Source: Vulcanimicrobiota bacterium
GTDB lineage: Bacteria > Vulcanimicrobiota > Vulcanimicrobiia > Vulcanimicrobiales > Vulcanimicrobiaceae
Length of the DNA: 64,000 bases
Direction of reading: 5' to 3'
Assembly: GCA_963812155.1 (NCBI GenBank)
Contig: CAWETW010000001.1
Coordinates: forward strand, 352,001-416,000
Shown here in pieces: positions 48,589 through 58,922 of this stretch. The translations under genes and the position numbers were made by a program. Below the pieces are notes generated by a model. The model did not search any database. It was given only the letters and a program-made list of their open reading frames with translations, and was not told the origin of the DNA. The number at the start of each line of letters is the position of its first letter. Within the stretch, counting starts at the first letter, position 1.

Positions 48589-51088
48589 ATGCAGGAAACG
48601 GAATACGTATCCGTCTCTTCAGTCTTTGGACAGCTGCTGCGCCGCTATCGCCTTGGCGCGGGCCTGTCGCAAGAAGGCCTAGCGGAGCGCGCGCGAATGA
48701 GTTCTTTCGCGATCAGCGCCCTGGAGCGGGGTCACCGACGCAAACCCCAGTCTAAGACGCTCGAGCTCTTAGCCGAAGCGCTGGCGCTCAATGCCGACCA
48801 GCGTGGGGAGTTCGAGGCCGCGGCGCGCTCCGCGGGTACACGAGTGGGAGGCCTGACGGCCGGTCCATGGACCACCGAGCCGGCAGCGTATCCCAACAAT
48901 CTGCCGCCGCAACTCACGCCGCTCATTGGACGCACGAACGAGCTCGCCGAGATCGCTGCGCTCGTACGCACACATCCCTTGACGACGCTCGCCGGCGCCG
49001 GCGGCGTCGGAAAGACGCGTCTCGCGTTGCGAGTCGCTGAAACGCTGCTCGAAGAGTATCGCGACGGCGTTTGGCTCGTGGAGCTTGCTGCCTTTAGCGA
49101 ACCCACTTCGGCCGTTCAAGCCGTTGCGTCGGCATTCGACCTACACGAACATCAGAACCATCCGCTGCTCGACGTCGTTTTGCAGTATCTGCGCTCTCGC
49201 AGCCTGCTGCTGATCGTCGACAACTGCGAACACGTCATCGAGGAAACGGTGCGCATCGTCGATGCGATTCTGCGCGGTGCTCCAAATATCCGAATCCTCG
49301 CGACGAGTCGCGAGCCATTGAGCATCGCTGCGGAACACGTCTATCGCGTGCCGTCGTTGGCCGTGCCGCCGAGCACGACTGCGACCGCCGAAGAAGCTGG
49401 GCGCTACGATGCAATCGCATTGTTTGCCGAGCGCGCGGGCGCGGCGGACGCCGCATTCAAGTTGACCGACGACAACGCCCCCGTCGTGGGAGAAATCTGC
49501 AAGCGTCTCGACGGCATTCCTTTGGCAATCGAGCTCGCAGCAGCGCGCACCAGAGTGCTTTCGCTCACGGAGATCGTCGAAAAGCTCGATCAACGGTTCA
49601 GCGTATTGACCGCTAGCCGCCGCACGTCGATACCACGCCAGCAAACGTTGTGGGCTCTGATCGACTGGAGCTACGACTTGCTGCCGGAACGCGACAAGAA
49701 AGTGTTTCGGAGCTTGGGGGTTTTTCCGGGCAGCTTCCTCCTCGCCGCCGTCGCCGGGGCACACGACGGTATGGGCGAAGAGTCCTTCGCCGCCCTCGCA
49801 TCTCTCGTCGAGAAATCGCTCGTGCACGCGGACACCATCGAGGGCAGAACCCGCTACCGTTTGCTCGAGTCGATGCGCGCGTACTCGCGCGATCAGTTGC
49901 TTGCGCACGGCGAACTCGATGCGGCGCTCCTTGCACATGCGAACGCCTACCTTGCACTGGCCGAGCGCTTAGGGTCGCTGTGGGATGCTACTCCGGACAT
50001 TCAATGGAGGTCTAACGCGGAGCCGGAGTTGGAAAACTGGCGCAGCGCCTTGAGATGGGCCTTCGCTCGCAGAAGGCGCCCTGAGCATCGCCCTACGGCT
50101 GACCGTAGCGCTGCGCCCCGTTTGGTTCACGTTAGCCCCTGCAGAGGGCCTCGCGTGGGTACGCCTGGGGCTCAACTCGTGCGGAAGTTCACAACCGGAT
50201 CGCACGAGAGCCTGGCTTGAGCTGACGGCGGCGCACCTTGCGATGGTCATGCAGCAATACGGGGACGCGGCGGCGGCGGCGCAAAGAGCTCTGGCGGGCT
50301 TTTCCGAGATCGACGAGCCGGAAGGGCGAGCGCTGGCGCGTTTGTTCGCCGGCGCCGCGCGTGGGATGTTGGGAGAAACGGCGGAAGCGAGAATCAGTCT
50401 GAGCGCCGCCTTAGACGAATGCCGTGCCTTGGGCGCGCGTCGCGCGGTCGCAGCGGCTCTGCTTTACCTGGCCGTGTTAGAACTCGAGAGCGGAGATGCC
50501 GATTCGACGCGGCGCCTCTTCGCAGAAGCCCTCACGTTGTTCAAAACCCTGGGCGCCTCACGACCCGCAGCGCACGTCGCGCTGAATCTCGCCGAACTCG
50601 AATTCAAATGGGGAAATGCGGCGGCGGCGTTACGCCTAGCAAACGAAGCGCTCGAAGCCGACGCCGCGTTGAACGACCGCGATGCAGTAGCGTACGATCT
50701 GTGCAACATCGCGGCATACGAAGGCGCGTTGGGCCACTGGGAGGCAAGCGAAATCCACGCGCGCGAAGCGCTTGCCCTTGGGCGCGAACGCAGCATGACG
50801 AGTGCCGTCGCGTGGGCGATTCAGCATCTAGCAACGGTTGCGGCGCTGCAACCGGTGTCCGGCGCCGCGCTCCGAACGGAGCGGCTGCGCCGAGCAGTAC
50901 GTTTCGTCGGCTTCGTCGATGCGCGCGTCGCCGAATACGGACTGTACCGCGATTTCGCGGAGCGGCGCGAACGCGAGCAAATCCTGGCGGCCGCCCGCGA
51001 GACCCTGGGTGCCGATGCGGATGCGTTGATCGAGGAGGGAAGCACCTGGACCGAGGCTCGTGCTTTCGAGGAGACCTTGCTCGTCTGA
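48589..51088 (+). CDS. XRE-HTH + STAND (NB-ARC-like) ATPase + TPR regulator (+1 frameshift at about 50068)
   Basis: LSQEGLAERA HTH, GAGGVGKT, LLIVDNCEH, TSRE, LDGIPLAIELAA, WSYDLL; TPR helices in ORF 50243..51088. Confidence 0.88.
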
Positions 51089-51140
51089 GCCGTGTCCGGC
51101 GAAGCAGGCATCGCTTATACATCGTTAAACTGCGCGAAGC

Positions 51141-51968
51141 ATGATCGCACCGGAGAGCGAGTATCTGGAGGCCGTTTCGAGCGACGGCGTCCGGCTGTGC
51201 GTGCGTGCGGCCGGGCCCCGCGATCGCATGCCGATTCTCTTCATCCACGGTTTTTCGCAGAGCCATCTCGCGTGGCGCCGTCAGTTTGAAGGCACGCTTG
51301 CGGACGAGTTTCGTTTAATCGCATTCGATCTGCGTGGCCACGGATGGTCGGACAAGCCGGCCGACGCGCAATCGTATCGCGAGCCGCAACGGTGGGGCGA
51401 CGACGTCGCCGCCGTGCTCGCCGCCGCGGGCGCCGAACGCGCCGTTTTCGTTGGATGGTCGTACGGCGGACGCGTGATTCTCGATTACATTGCGACGCAC
51501 GGAACCAATGCGATCGCCGGCATCAACTTCGTTGCAGCCGTGATCGGCGACGCAGACGAGTATTACGGCGAGGGCATCGGCACAATCCGCGGAACGCTCG
51601 CATCGGACCCGGCGGCGAGCATCGACGGTACTCGCCGCTTTCTTCGCGCCTGTTTCGCTCGCGCACCCGAACCCGACGATTTCGAGCGCATGCTGGCATA
51701 CAACGCGATGGCGCCGCCGGCGATCCGCGCCAAGCTGTTGGGGCGCAAGACCGACGCCGATGCGCTGCTCGCATCGATCGCGTTGCCGGCGCTCTTCACG
51801 CAAGGAACGCTCGACGCCATCATCGCACCGGCCATGAGCGAGTACGGCGCCCGAACGCTACCGGGCGCAAAACTGTCGCTCTATGAGGGCATCGGCCACT
51901 CACCGTTTTTCGAGGATGCCGAACGCTTCGACCGCGAGCTGGCCGGTTTCGTGAGCACCTGTGTCTGA
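51141..51968 (+). CDS. Alpha/beta hydrolase
   Basis: FIHG, DLRGHG, GWSYGG nucleophile elbow, GHSPF. Confidence 0.92.
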   Translation: MIAPESEYLEAVSSDGVRLCVRAAGPRDRMPILFIHGFSQSHLAWRRQFEGTLADEFRLIAFDLRGHGWSDKPADAQSYREPQRWGDDVAAVLAAAGAERAVFVGWSYGGRVILDYIATHGTNAIAGINFVAAVIGDADEYYGEGIGTIRGTLASDPAASIDGTRRFLRACFARAPEPDDFERMLAYNAMAPPAIRAKLLGRKTDADALLASIALPALFTQGTLDAIIAPAMSEYGARTLPGAKLSLYEGIGHSPFFEDAERFDRELAGFVSTCV

Positions 51969-53508
51969 AACGGCGAACGGCGACGCCGACCGCCTCAGCG
52001 CCCTCGGATACCGTCAGGAGCTGTCGCGGGTGCTCACGCTCTTCGACAACTTCTCGGTCGCCTTCAGCTACTTGAGCCCGATGGTCGGGATTTATTCGCT
52101 GTATACCCTCGGGTTGGGAACGGGCGGCCCGCGCTACATCTGGACGATTCCCGTCGTCGTCGGCGGCATGATGCTGGTGGCGCTGGTCTTCGGCGAACTC
52201 TCCAGCGAGTATCCGCTTTCGGGAGCGCTCTATCAATACGGGAAATACGCCGTCGGGTCGCGTTACGGATGGTTCGTCGGTTGGATCTACGGCTTCGCGC
52301 TGTTGGCGACCGTGGCATCGGTTGATTCCGGCGCCGTGGGATACGTGACCGCGCTCTCCAACGCGTGGTTCGGCACCAAGCTCGATCCTTCGAATCACCT
52401 CGTCATCTTTGCAATCGCGGGCGGCATCATCGTGCTCTCTGCGATACTCAACTCGGTCGGCGCCAAAATCATGGGCCACGTCGCGCGCTTCGGCGTTTAC
52501 GTCGAAACGATCGGAACCTTCGGCGTCTTTCTTGCGCTGGCGCTTGCCGGATTCCATCAATCCTTCGGATTCACGTTCACGACCCAAGGCATCGAACACG
52601 TACAAAACAACCCTTTGGGGCTGAACTTCGGCGGCAACTGGTGGACCGGCGCGGCACTGGTCGCCATCCTTGCGAACGTGTACATTTTTTACGGGTTCGA
52701 ATCGGCAGGCGACATCTCCGAAGAGACGCTCGACGCGCAGCGCCAAGTGCCGCGCGCGATGCGCAACGCGCTGCTTTACGGCGGCATTGCGTCGTTTGTT
52801 TTGGTGCTCGGCCTGCTGCTGGCGACGCCGCACGGGGGCGTCGGCCCGGTGGTGTCGGGCGGCATCAATGTGATTCTCGGCGAACTGCCGGGATGGCTGC
52901 AGAACTTCTTTCTCGTGATGGTCGTCGTGGCGTTCTTCAGTTGCGGCACGGCGGTTCAAGGCGCCGGTGCACGCGTTGCGTTCGCACTGGCCCGCGACGG
53001 CGCACTGCCTCTCAGCGATCGCCTCAAACGGGTTTCGCCGGCCCATCACACCCCGGTCAACGCCATTTTGGTCGGCACGATCGTACCGTTTCTTTTCTTA
53101 CTGCTCGCGCTGGTCAATCCGAGTAAGCCGGTACGCATTCTTTGGTTCGATTATCCGGCAAACGTCACCGCGCTCTATGCGCTCGTGTCATTTGCAACCT
53201 CGGGCATTTATTTGGCCTTTTTCCTGACCGTACTCGGCGCGCTGATCGCGCGGATGCGCGGCTGGAAGCCGAGCGGCGTCTTCACGCTGCGGGGCTGGGG
53301 CGTGCCGGTCACGATCGGCGCAGGCCTCTATCTGTTGCTCATGCTGCTCGATATCGTGTGGCCGAGCGCGCTCGGCAGCGGGCGCGCCGTTTTCAACTAC
53401 GGCTGGGTCACCCTGCTCGTGATGGCGGTCATCGTCGCCGCCGGGGCTATCTACGAGGGCATTGCGCGGCCGCTGCCAGGGGGACGCTCGCACCGGACGA
53501 ACGCTTAG
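51961..53508 (+). CDS. APC-family amino acid/amine permease
   Basis: LGYRQELSR, FSYLS, YPLSGALY, YGFESAGDISEE, ARDGALP. Confidence 0.92.
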   Translation: MSETANGDADRLSALGYRQELSRVLTLFDNFSVAFSYLSPMVGIYSLYTLGLGTGGPRYIWTIPVVVGGMMLVALVFGELSSEYPLSGALYQYGKYAVGSRYGWFVGWIYGFALLATVASVDSGAVGYVTALSNAWFGTKLDPSNHLVIFAIAGGIIVLSAILNSVGAKIMGHVARFGVYVETIGTFGVFLALALAGFHQSFGFTFTTQGIEHVQNNPLGLNFGGNWWTGAALVAILANVYIFYGFESAGDISEETLDAQRQVPRAMRNALLYGGIASFVLVLGLLLATPHGGVGPVVSGGINVILGELPGWLQNFFLVMVVVAFFSCGTAVQGAGARVAFALARDGALPLSDRLKRVSPAHHTPVNAILVGTIVPFLFLLLALVNPSKPVRILWFDYPANVTALYALVSFATSGIYLAFFLTVLGALIARMRGWKPSGVFTLRGWGVPVTIGAGLYLLLMLLDIVWPSALGSGRAVFNYGWVTLLVMAVIVAAGAIYEGIARPLPGGRSHRTNA

Positions 53509-53556
53509 ATTTCGTGTCGTCAGGCTACAGGGCGACGCGGGATGGAGGGACAGAGT

Positions 53557-54108
53557 ATGTTTCGTTACATGGTGAGTGCGGCGCTGGCGGCCGGGATGCT
53601 GATTGCGCCGATCGCGGCTGTCGCACAAGGCAGCGGGATGTCCGATTCAGAGTATATGGCAAAAATTCTGACGGCTGCTCCGGAAAATGTCGTCAAGGGC
53701 GCCACGATCGTTCAGATGAACGCGGACGGCAGCATGCGCACGCTGCAAACCGGCACGAACGGATTCACGTGCATGATGCTCGACGTGACGCCGGGCTGCG
53801 CCGACCAGAACGCCATGGCGTGGATGAAGGCGCTCATGACGCATTCAGCGCCCCCCGACAGCGTCGGTTTTATGTATATGCTCGCGGGTGACAGCGGGGC
53901 CAGCAATACCGATCCGTATGCCCGAGCGCAAACGGCGACCAACCACTGGGTGAGGACCGGCCCTCACGTCATGGTCCTCGGTCCGGCAGTGAAATCAATG
54001 GGCTACCCGATGAGCGTCGATCCCGATCCGAGTAAGCCGTATGTGATGTGGGCGGACACGCCCTACGCGCATGCCATGCTTCCAGTTGGGTCCACGCCGC
54101 ATATGTGA
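53557..54108 (+). CDS. Hypothetical secreted Met-rich protein
   Basis: Signal peptide; GTNGFTC, YMLAGD, GPHVM, YVMW...PYAH. Confidence 0.8.
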   Translation: MFRYMVSAALAAGMLIAPIAAVAQGSGMSDSEYMAKILTAAPENVVKGATIVQMNADGSMRTLQTGTNGFTCMMLDVTPGCADQNAMAWMKALMTHSAPPDSVGFMYMLAGDSGASNTDPYARAQTATNHWVRTGPHVMVLGPAVKSMGYPMSVDPDPSKPYVMWADTPYAHAMLPVGSTPHM

Positions 54109-54113
54109 AATGA

Positions 54114-54145
54114 AACGGGGCGTTCGCAATCGCGAACGCCCCGTT
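54114..54145. terminator. Intrinsic terminator hairpin between convergent genes
   Basis: 14-bp perfect stem AACGGGGCGTTCGC/GCGAACGCCCCGTT with a 4-nt loop; T-rich tail on the minus strand. Confidence 0.8.
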
Positions 54146-54250
54146 CGAGCGAGAAGGATTCATAAAAAATAACGTTCCGCCTCGCCGGTGCGCGTTCGGT
54201 TCCAAGCGGGGCGTGAGCTTCCCGGAGTCAAGCGATTCCGAGCGGCTCGG

Positions 54251-54559
54251 CTAGTGGCCGGGCATCGAGACGCCTTGCGCCTTGAGGGATTGGCTGATTG
54301 CGGCGAGTTGTTCGGGCGAAAAAATCTTGTGGAGCGCTTGTTGGAGCTGCGCAGGCGTCATACTATTGACGTTCGGCTCTAGCTGTTTGAGCTGGCGGAG
54401 CTGGCCAATCGTCGGGTGTGCAGCTTTGACGGCGGTCTCTAACTGTTGCTTCGTGGGTTGCGACTGGGCGATCGCGGCGGCCGGGGTAAGAACCAGAGCT
54501 GCCGGCGCGACGGCGGTTCCGAGGACGCCTGCGAGAGCGAGGAGGCGAAGTGCCTGCAT
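54251..54559 (-). CDS. Small secreted helical protein
   Basis: Signal peptide ending AIA-Q; Gln-rich helices. Confidence 0.65.
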   Translation of the reverse strand: MQALRLLALAGVLGTAVAPAALVLTPAAAIAQSQPTKQQLETAVKAAHPTIGQLRQLKQLEPNVNSMTPAQLQQALHKIFSPEQLAAISQSLKAQGVSMPGH

Positions 54560-54699
54560 GAAGAGAGCCTCTTTCTTAGGGCGAAAAAAAGCAAGTGACG
54601 TAATGCATCTTCCCGTCGCCGGGACGATGGCAGACGCCAATCGGGGATGTTTTGGTTGGTCGAGGCAGTACCTTCTATGAGCCGTTGCAACGGCATCGT

Positions 54700-55254
54700 T
54701 TACGCTAGGTCGATGCGATAGCGGAGCGCCTCACCGCCGCCATGCGCGTCGGTTTGCACGAACCGTTCCACGAGCACGCCGCCGTTGACGAGGATGACGC
54801 GCTGCGACGGCACGTTGTCGGGCAGCGTGGTGACGTGGACGTAGGGCAGCCCTTGCGCGCGCGCCAGCGGCAACATCTGGGCGAGCGCCGCCTTGGCATA
54901 GCCGCGTCCGCGTTTCCACGGTACGACCGCATAGCCGATGTGTCCGAGACAGGTCGGCGGGAGGTCCGGTGTTCCCGGCGTCCAGCGCAAGCCGATCGTT
55001 CCGCAGAATTCCCCGTCCCAGATCCAACGATGAAAGCCGGGCAGTCGCGGCACGAGCGATCCGTCGGGCATGCGGATGGGGCCGCCTTTTGCTTCGGGGT
55101 CGTCCAAACTGCGCACGAAGGCTTCCGGATCGCGCTCGATGGCGGCCAAACTTTCGGCGGCCGCCTCGGGCCGCATATTGTCGGGCGACCATCCTCGCCG
55201 CAGCGCGCCGGCGTAGTCGTCGAGCCGCTCGAGCGACGGCGCCACCAACGTCAT
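54700..55254 (-). CDS. GNAT N-acetyltransferase
   Basis: GHIGYAV.PWKRGRGYA, DNVPSQRVI..NGG. Confidence 0.9.
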   Translation of the reverse strand: MTLVAPSLERLDDYAGALRRGWSPDNMRPEAAAESLAAIERDPEAFVRSLDDPEAKGGPIRMPDGSLVPRLPGFHRWIWDGEFCGTIGLRWTPGTPDLPPTCLGHIGYAVVPWKRGRGYAKAALAQMLPLARAQGLPYVHVTTLPDNVPSQRVILVNGGVLVERFVQTDAHGGGEALRYRIDLA

Positions 55255-57158
55255 ATGACTTGAATGACGCCCATCATGCCGCGATCTTCGTGGAACATCA
55301 TGTGGCAGTGAAAGACGAACGTGCCGCGCATCACGTTGCGAAAGTCGAGCAAGACCCGCGTGCGCGAAGGCGCAATCAACGGGTATTTGGGATTCTTCTT
55401 GTTCGGCAGAAATTTACCGAACGGAACCATCACCGTGTCGAGCGTAGCAGGCCCGGGCTTTGCATCGAGGGCCACGAACGTCATTTGATGGATGTGAAAG
55501 CTGTGCGACTCGACGGTTGCATTAAAGAGATCCCATTCTTCGATCGTCCCCCGCTTGACGACGACGTTTGGGATCGGCGTGCCGGCGCCCTTGGCGTACA
55601 CCGGCCAGTACGGGCGCTCGCCGAATTTCGGAGCGCTCGTTTCAGTAATGAAATACGCGCTGTCTTCACCGTGACCGTGAGGCACGATGTATTCGGTGTA
55701 GGTGAACGCCCGGCGGCGAATCTGCTTCGGGCTCGCCTTGGCGTAGGCAACGAGGCGCGCTGCGGGAGATTGCGCCGGATCGAGTGGTTGCGAAACCAAG
55801 GCGGGAGATGCAGAGGCGGTAGCTTCTTGCGTTTGCGCGCGCACGACGAGCACGTCCGCCGAAATGGGAACCTCGTCGACCGGTGCTTCGCACGGGGGCG
55901 CATCGTAGAGCGTGATCGTTTTCCCGGCGGGGAGCGTCACCAACACGTCGGCACGCCCCGCCGGCGGCAGAGTTACTTCGTTCATCGCGACGTACTGCGA
56001 CAGCGGCTGCGCGTCATCGCCGCCAACGGGCGTTCCGTCGAGCCCGACGACGTGCAACGGCACCGGTGCGCCCGCGTCGTCGCGAACGCGTAAGAACAGC
56101 GGCGAATCTGCGGTGGCATTGAGCAGCCGCAGCAGTTGAGGCCGTCCCGGTGCCACGGCGAGCGTTCCCGGCGTGTCGCTGCGATCGACGGTTAGCCGGA
56201 CGCCGCTGCGACTTCCGCACGCGCTCACGGCCGTTCCGCGTCCGTCACGGACCGGCACGCTGGCCGGCCACGGCGGCGGATCGAACGGATCGAACGTCAC
56301 GGGCGGCTTGGGCGGCACCGACATTTCGTCGTGCACTGCCATGACGGCGAGCGGGGTGAGATCGGCCACGAAGTTGTCGGTCACGACGTAGGGGACTCGA
56401 TATTTGATAACGATCGCGTGGTCGTCGGAGAGCGGGACCTGCGGTGCGCCGGGATCGACGATCCACATGCCGCTCAACCCTCCCGCGGTTTCGTCGTCGG
56501 CCATGCCGTGCGCGTGCGTGTGGTAGAAATACGTGCCGGTAGGCTGCGTCCCCGGTATCGTCATGACGATTTCACATGCGTGGGCCGGGGTGCTGAGCGT
56601 CGAGACAAAAATGTTTTCCTGCGCCTCCGATCCCTGGAAACCGTGCATGTGCAGGTTGACGTCCACATCCTTCATCGCCATCGGCCGCGCGATCGCGGTG
56701 TGGTTCATGTATCCCTGAACCGATTCCGCCGCCGCCGCCGGCATCATGCTTGGCCGACACGGAGCAAGCGCGCTCGCGGGCATCGTTGCGCCCGGCGCAT
56801 ACCCGCGCAGTTCGTTGACGAGGCGAATAGCAAACGTCTCACCCCGACGCACCCGCAACGTCGGCGCGCGCCGTTGCTCGATACCGCCCAGCGTGTAGCG
56901 ATAGCAGAAGCGATCGCCTTGCCGCACGACGCGCAGAACCAGTTCGTGCACGCCGGCGTCGTTGGCCGGCAGGGACGACACCACGACCTGAGGCGGCTCT
57001 TCGATCGCGCCCGAATGCAGCGGCCCGCTGCACGGCGTTTGCTTGGAGGGCTCCCGCGGCGCCGATGCCGCGGAAAGGTGGGGGACGAACGATAACGTGC
57101 CGACCGACGCGATGAGCGCCAACCGGACTGCGGTGCGGGCTGCGAAAAGAACGCGCAA
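55251..57158 (-). CDS. Multicopper oxidase, secreted
   Basis: NLHMHG, YHTHAHG, HSFHIH and HCHMMFHEDRGMM copper motifs. Confidence 0.92.
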   Translation of the reverse strand: MRVLFAARTAVRLALIASVGTLSFVPHLSAASAPREPSKQTPCSGPLHSGAIEEPPQVVVSSLPANDAGVHELVLRVVRQGDRFCYRYTLGGIEQRRAPTLRVRRGETFAIRLVNELRGYAPGATMPASALAPCRPSMMPAAAAESVQGYMNHTAIARPMAMKDVDVNLHMHGFQGSEAQENIFVSTLSTPAHACEIVMTIPGTQPTGTYFYHTHAHGMADDETAGGLSGMWIVDPGAPQVPLSDDHAIVIKYRVPYVVTDNFVADLTPLAVMAVHDEMSVPPKPPVTFDPFDPPPWPASVPVRDGRGTAVSACGSRSGVRLTVDRSDTPGTLAVAPGRPQLLRLLNATADSPLFLRVRDDAGAPVPLHVVGLDGTPVGGDDAQPLSQYVAMNEVTLPPAGRADVLVTLPAGKTITLYDAPPCEAPVDEVPISADVLVVRAQTQEATASASPALVSQPLDPAQSPAARLVAYAKASPKQIRRRAFTYTEYIVPHGHGEDSAYFITETSAPKFGERPYWPVYAKGAGTPIPNVVVKRGTIEEWDLFNATVESHSFHIHQMTFVALDAKPGPATLDTVMVPFGKFLPNKKNPKYPLIAPSRTRVLLDFRNVMRGTFVFHCHMMFHEDRGMMGVIQVI

Positions 57159-57244
57159 AGGTAACCCCTTTCCGAACTTGGGCCCACCGCGCGGCTGCGA
57201 TGCAACGTTCTACGAGGCGCGCCCGCCTCCCGCGTGCGGACGTG

Positions 57245-58144
57245 CTAACCGCGTTTGAGTTGCTCGAGTTCGTCGAGCGTCTTTGGCCAATCGCCTTTGA
57301 GCAGACGCGAGAGACTGCGGTCGGCGAGCAGTTTTCCTGCGGTTTGGCAGCGCGCGCAGTAGTTCGTTTCGTTATCGGCATAGCGAATGCGCTGAACGGG
57401 CTGCCCGCAGCGCGGACAAGGTTCGCCGAAACGCCCGTGTACCGCCATCTCTTTGCGAAAGGCCGTCACGCCCTCCGGGAAATCGCCGGCAGCGCCGGCA
57501 CGAAGGCGGTCGATCCACGTCTGCAGCGTCGCCCGGGCGGCGTCGAAGAGACGCGACCACTCCTCGCCGGTCAAACGCTGCGTCAACGCAACCGGCGAGA
57601 GCCGTGCTGCGTGCAGAATCTCGTCGGAGTAGGCATTCCCGATGCCGTCGACCGTGCGAGGATCGGTGAGCGCGCGTTTGAGCGTATGGTTCTCGGCACT
57701 GAGGGCCCGGCGAAACGCATCGAGGTCCACGGCGAAGACGTCGATTCCGCCGGGATCTTGCGAAGCCAATGCCGCGCTTCCGTGCAGCGCGTGAAGCGAC
57801 GCGCGGCGCTTGCTGCCGGCCTCGGTAAGCACCAGCGTTCCGCCGGCGAAATCGAATCCCGCCATGTTGAGTCTCCCTGCGAGCGACGCATTGGGCGGAC
57901 GCCAGTGCAGGCGTCCCGCAATCATCAAGTGCATCACCAGCCATCGGTCGCCGTCGAGTCCGATCGCGATCCGCTTTCCGATGCGCCGAACCTCTCGCAC
58001 CGTGCGACCTGCGAAATCTGCGAGCGGCGGCTCCGCCGTTCGGAGCAGCGACGGGCTGGCGACGCGCACTCCTTCGAGCCTTTCGCCGAGGATGCGAGGT
58101 TCTAGTGCGGCGACGTATGCCGCAACGTCGGGCAACTCGGGCAT
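57245..58144 (-). CDS. Fpg/Nei family DNA glycosylase
   Basis: MPELPDV N-terminus, [17 protein letters not shown] (H2TH), CPRC...CARC zinc finger. Confidence 0.92.
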   Translation of the reverse strand: MPELPDVAAYVAALEPRILGERLEGVRVASPSLLRTAEPPLADFAGRTVREVRRIGKRIAIGLDGDRWLVMHLMIAGRLHWRPPNASLAGRLNMAGFDFAGGTLVLTEAGSKRRASLHALHGSAALASQDPGGIDVFAVDLDAFRRALSAENHTLKRALTDPRTVDGIGNAYSDEILHAARLSPVALTQRLTGEEWSRLFDAARATLQTWIDRLRAGAAGDFPEGVTAFRKEMAVHGRFGEPCPRCGQPVQRIRYADNETNYCARCQTAGKLLADRSLSRLLKGDWPKTLDELEQLKRG

Positions 58145-58150
58145 CGGCGC

Positions 58151-58919
58151 TTATCCGGTCGGAACTTCGATCTGCCGTTCGCGGTGCAACAGCAGCCAAT
58201 CACACGTTTCGGCCAGCGCTTCGCGGCCGAGTTGCACCAGTACCGCCTTCGCTCCGTTGAGATCGCCCTCGCGCAACAGCGCGCTCAAACGTTCGCCGGC
58301 GAGATGAAACAGCTCGCGCATGCGTTCGTAGCGGCGCGCGTGTTCGTCGTAAGCGCGCATCTGCGCGTATCCGGTCAGCAGGGCGGCGCCGGCGAGTGCA
58401 AGCGTCACGATGGTGACCGACCATGGAAACGCGTGATTCAGCCGCCCTGCGAGAATCTTTGCAACGGCCAACGCGATCCCGGCGAGGCCGGCAATGCCGA
58501 GGCACACCTGGCTTCCCAACCGGATGCGATTCGCACGTCGCTGCTCGTCAAGCGCCACGCCTGCAAAGTACCGTTCCTGTTCTGCCGCCCAGCGCGCGAG
58601 GACGACCTCGAGGATCGCTTCCCGATTGGAACTATCGATCAGCGTTGTTCGCGCCGTTCGGCTCGTGCAGGCGCGCGGCGCGCATGGCGTTGCGAATCCA
58701 ATCGAGTTCCCCTTCCTGGCGCGCCAGATAGTGATCGTAGACCGATTCCCGGACACGGGCAAGCCGCCAATAGAACTCGACGCGCAATCCTTCGGCCAGA
58801 GCGCGATAGTCCTGAAAGCGATCTTGAAGTCCGACACCCTTTACCCATACGGCGACGATAACCGCCAACACGACCAATGCGAGGAACACGGCGTACATGC
58901 GTTGCCATGCTCGGCGCAA
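58151..58919 (-). CDS. Membrane protein resembling tandem SLATT 2TM effector domains, probably N-terminally truncated (+1 frameshift at about 58661)
   Basis: TM followed by DYRALAEGLRV..YW in ORF 58632..58919; W..EQ..YF, two TM helices and LGREALAE..DW...HRER in ORF 58151..58837. Confidence 0.5.
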
Positions 58920-58922
58920 GCG

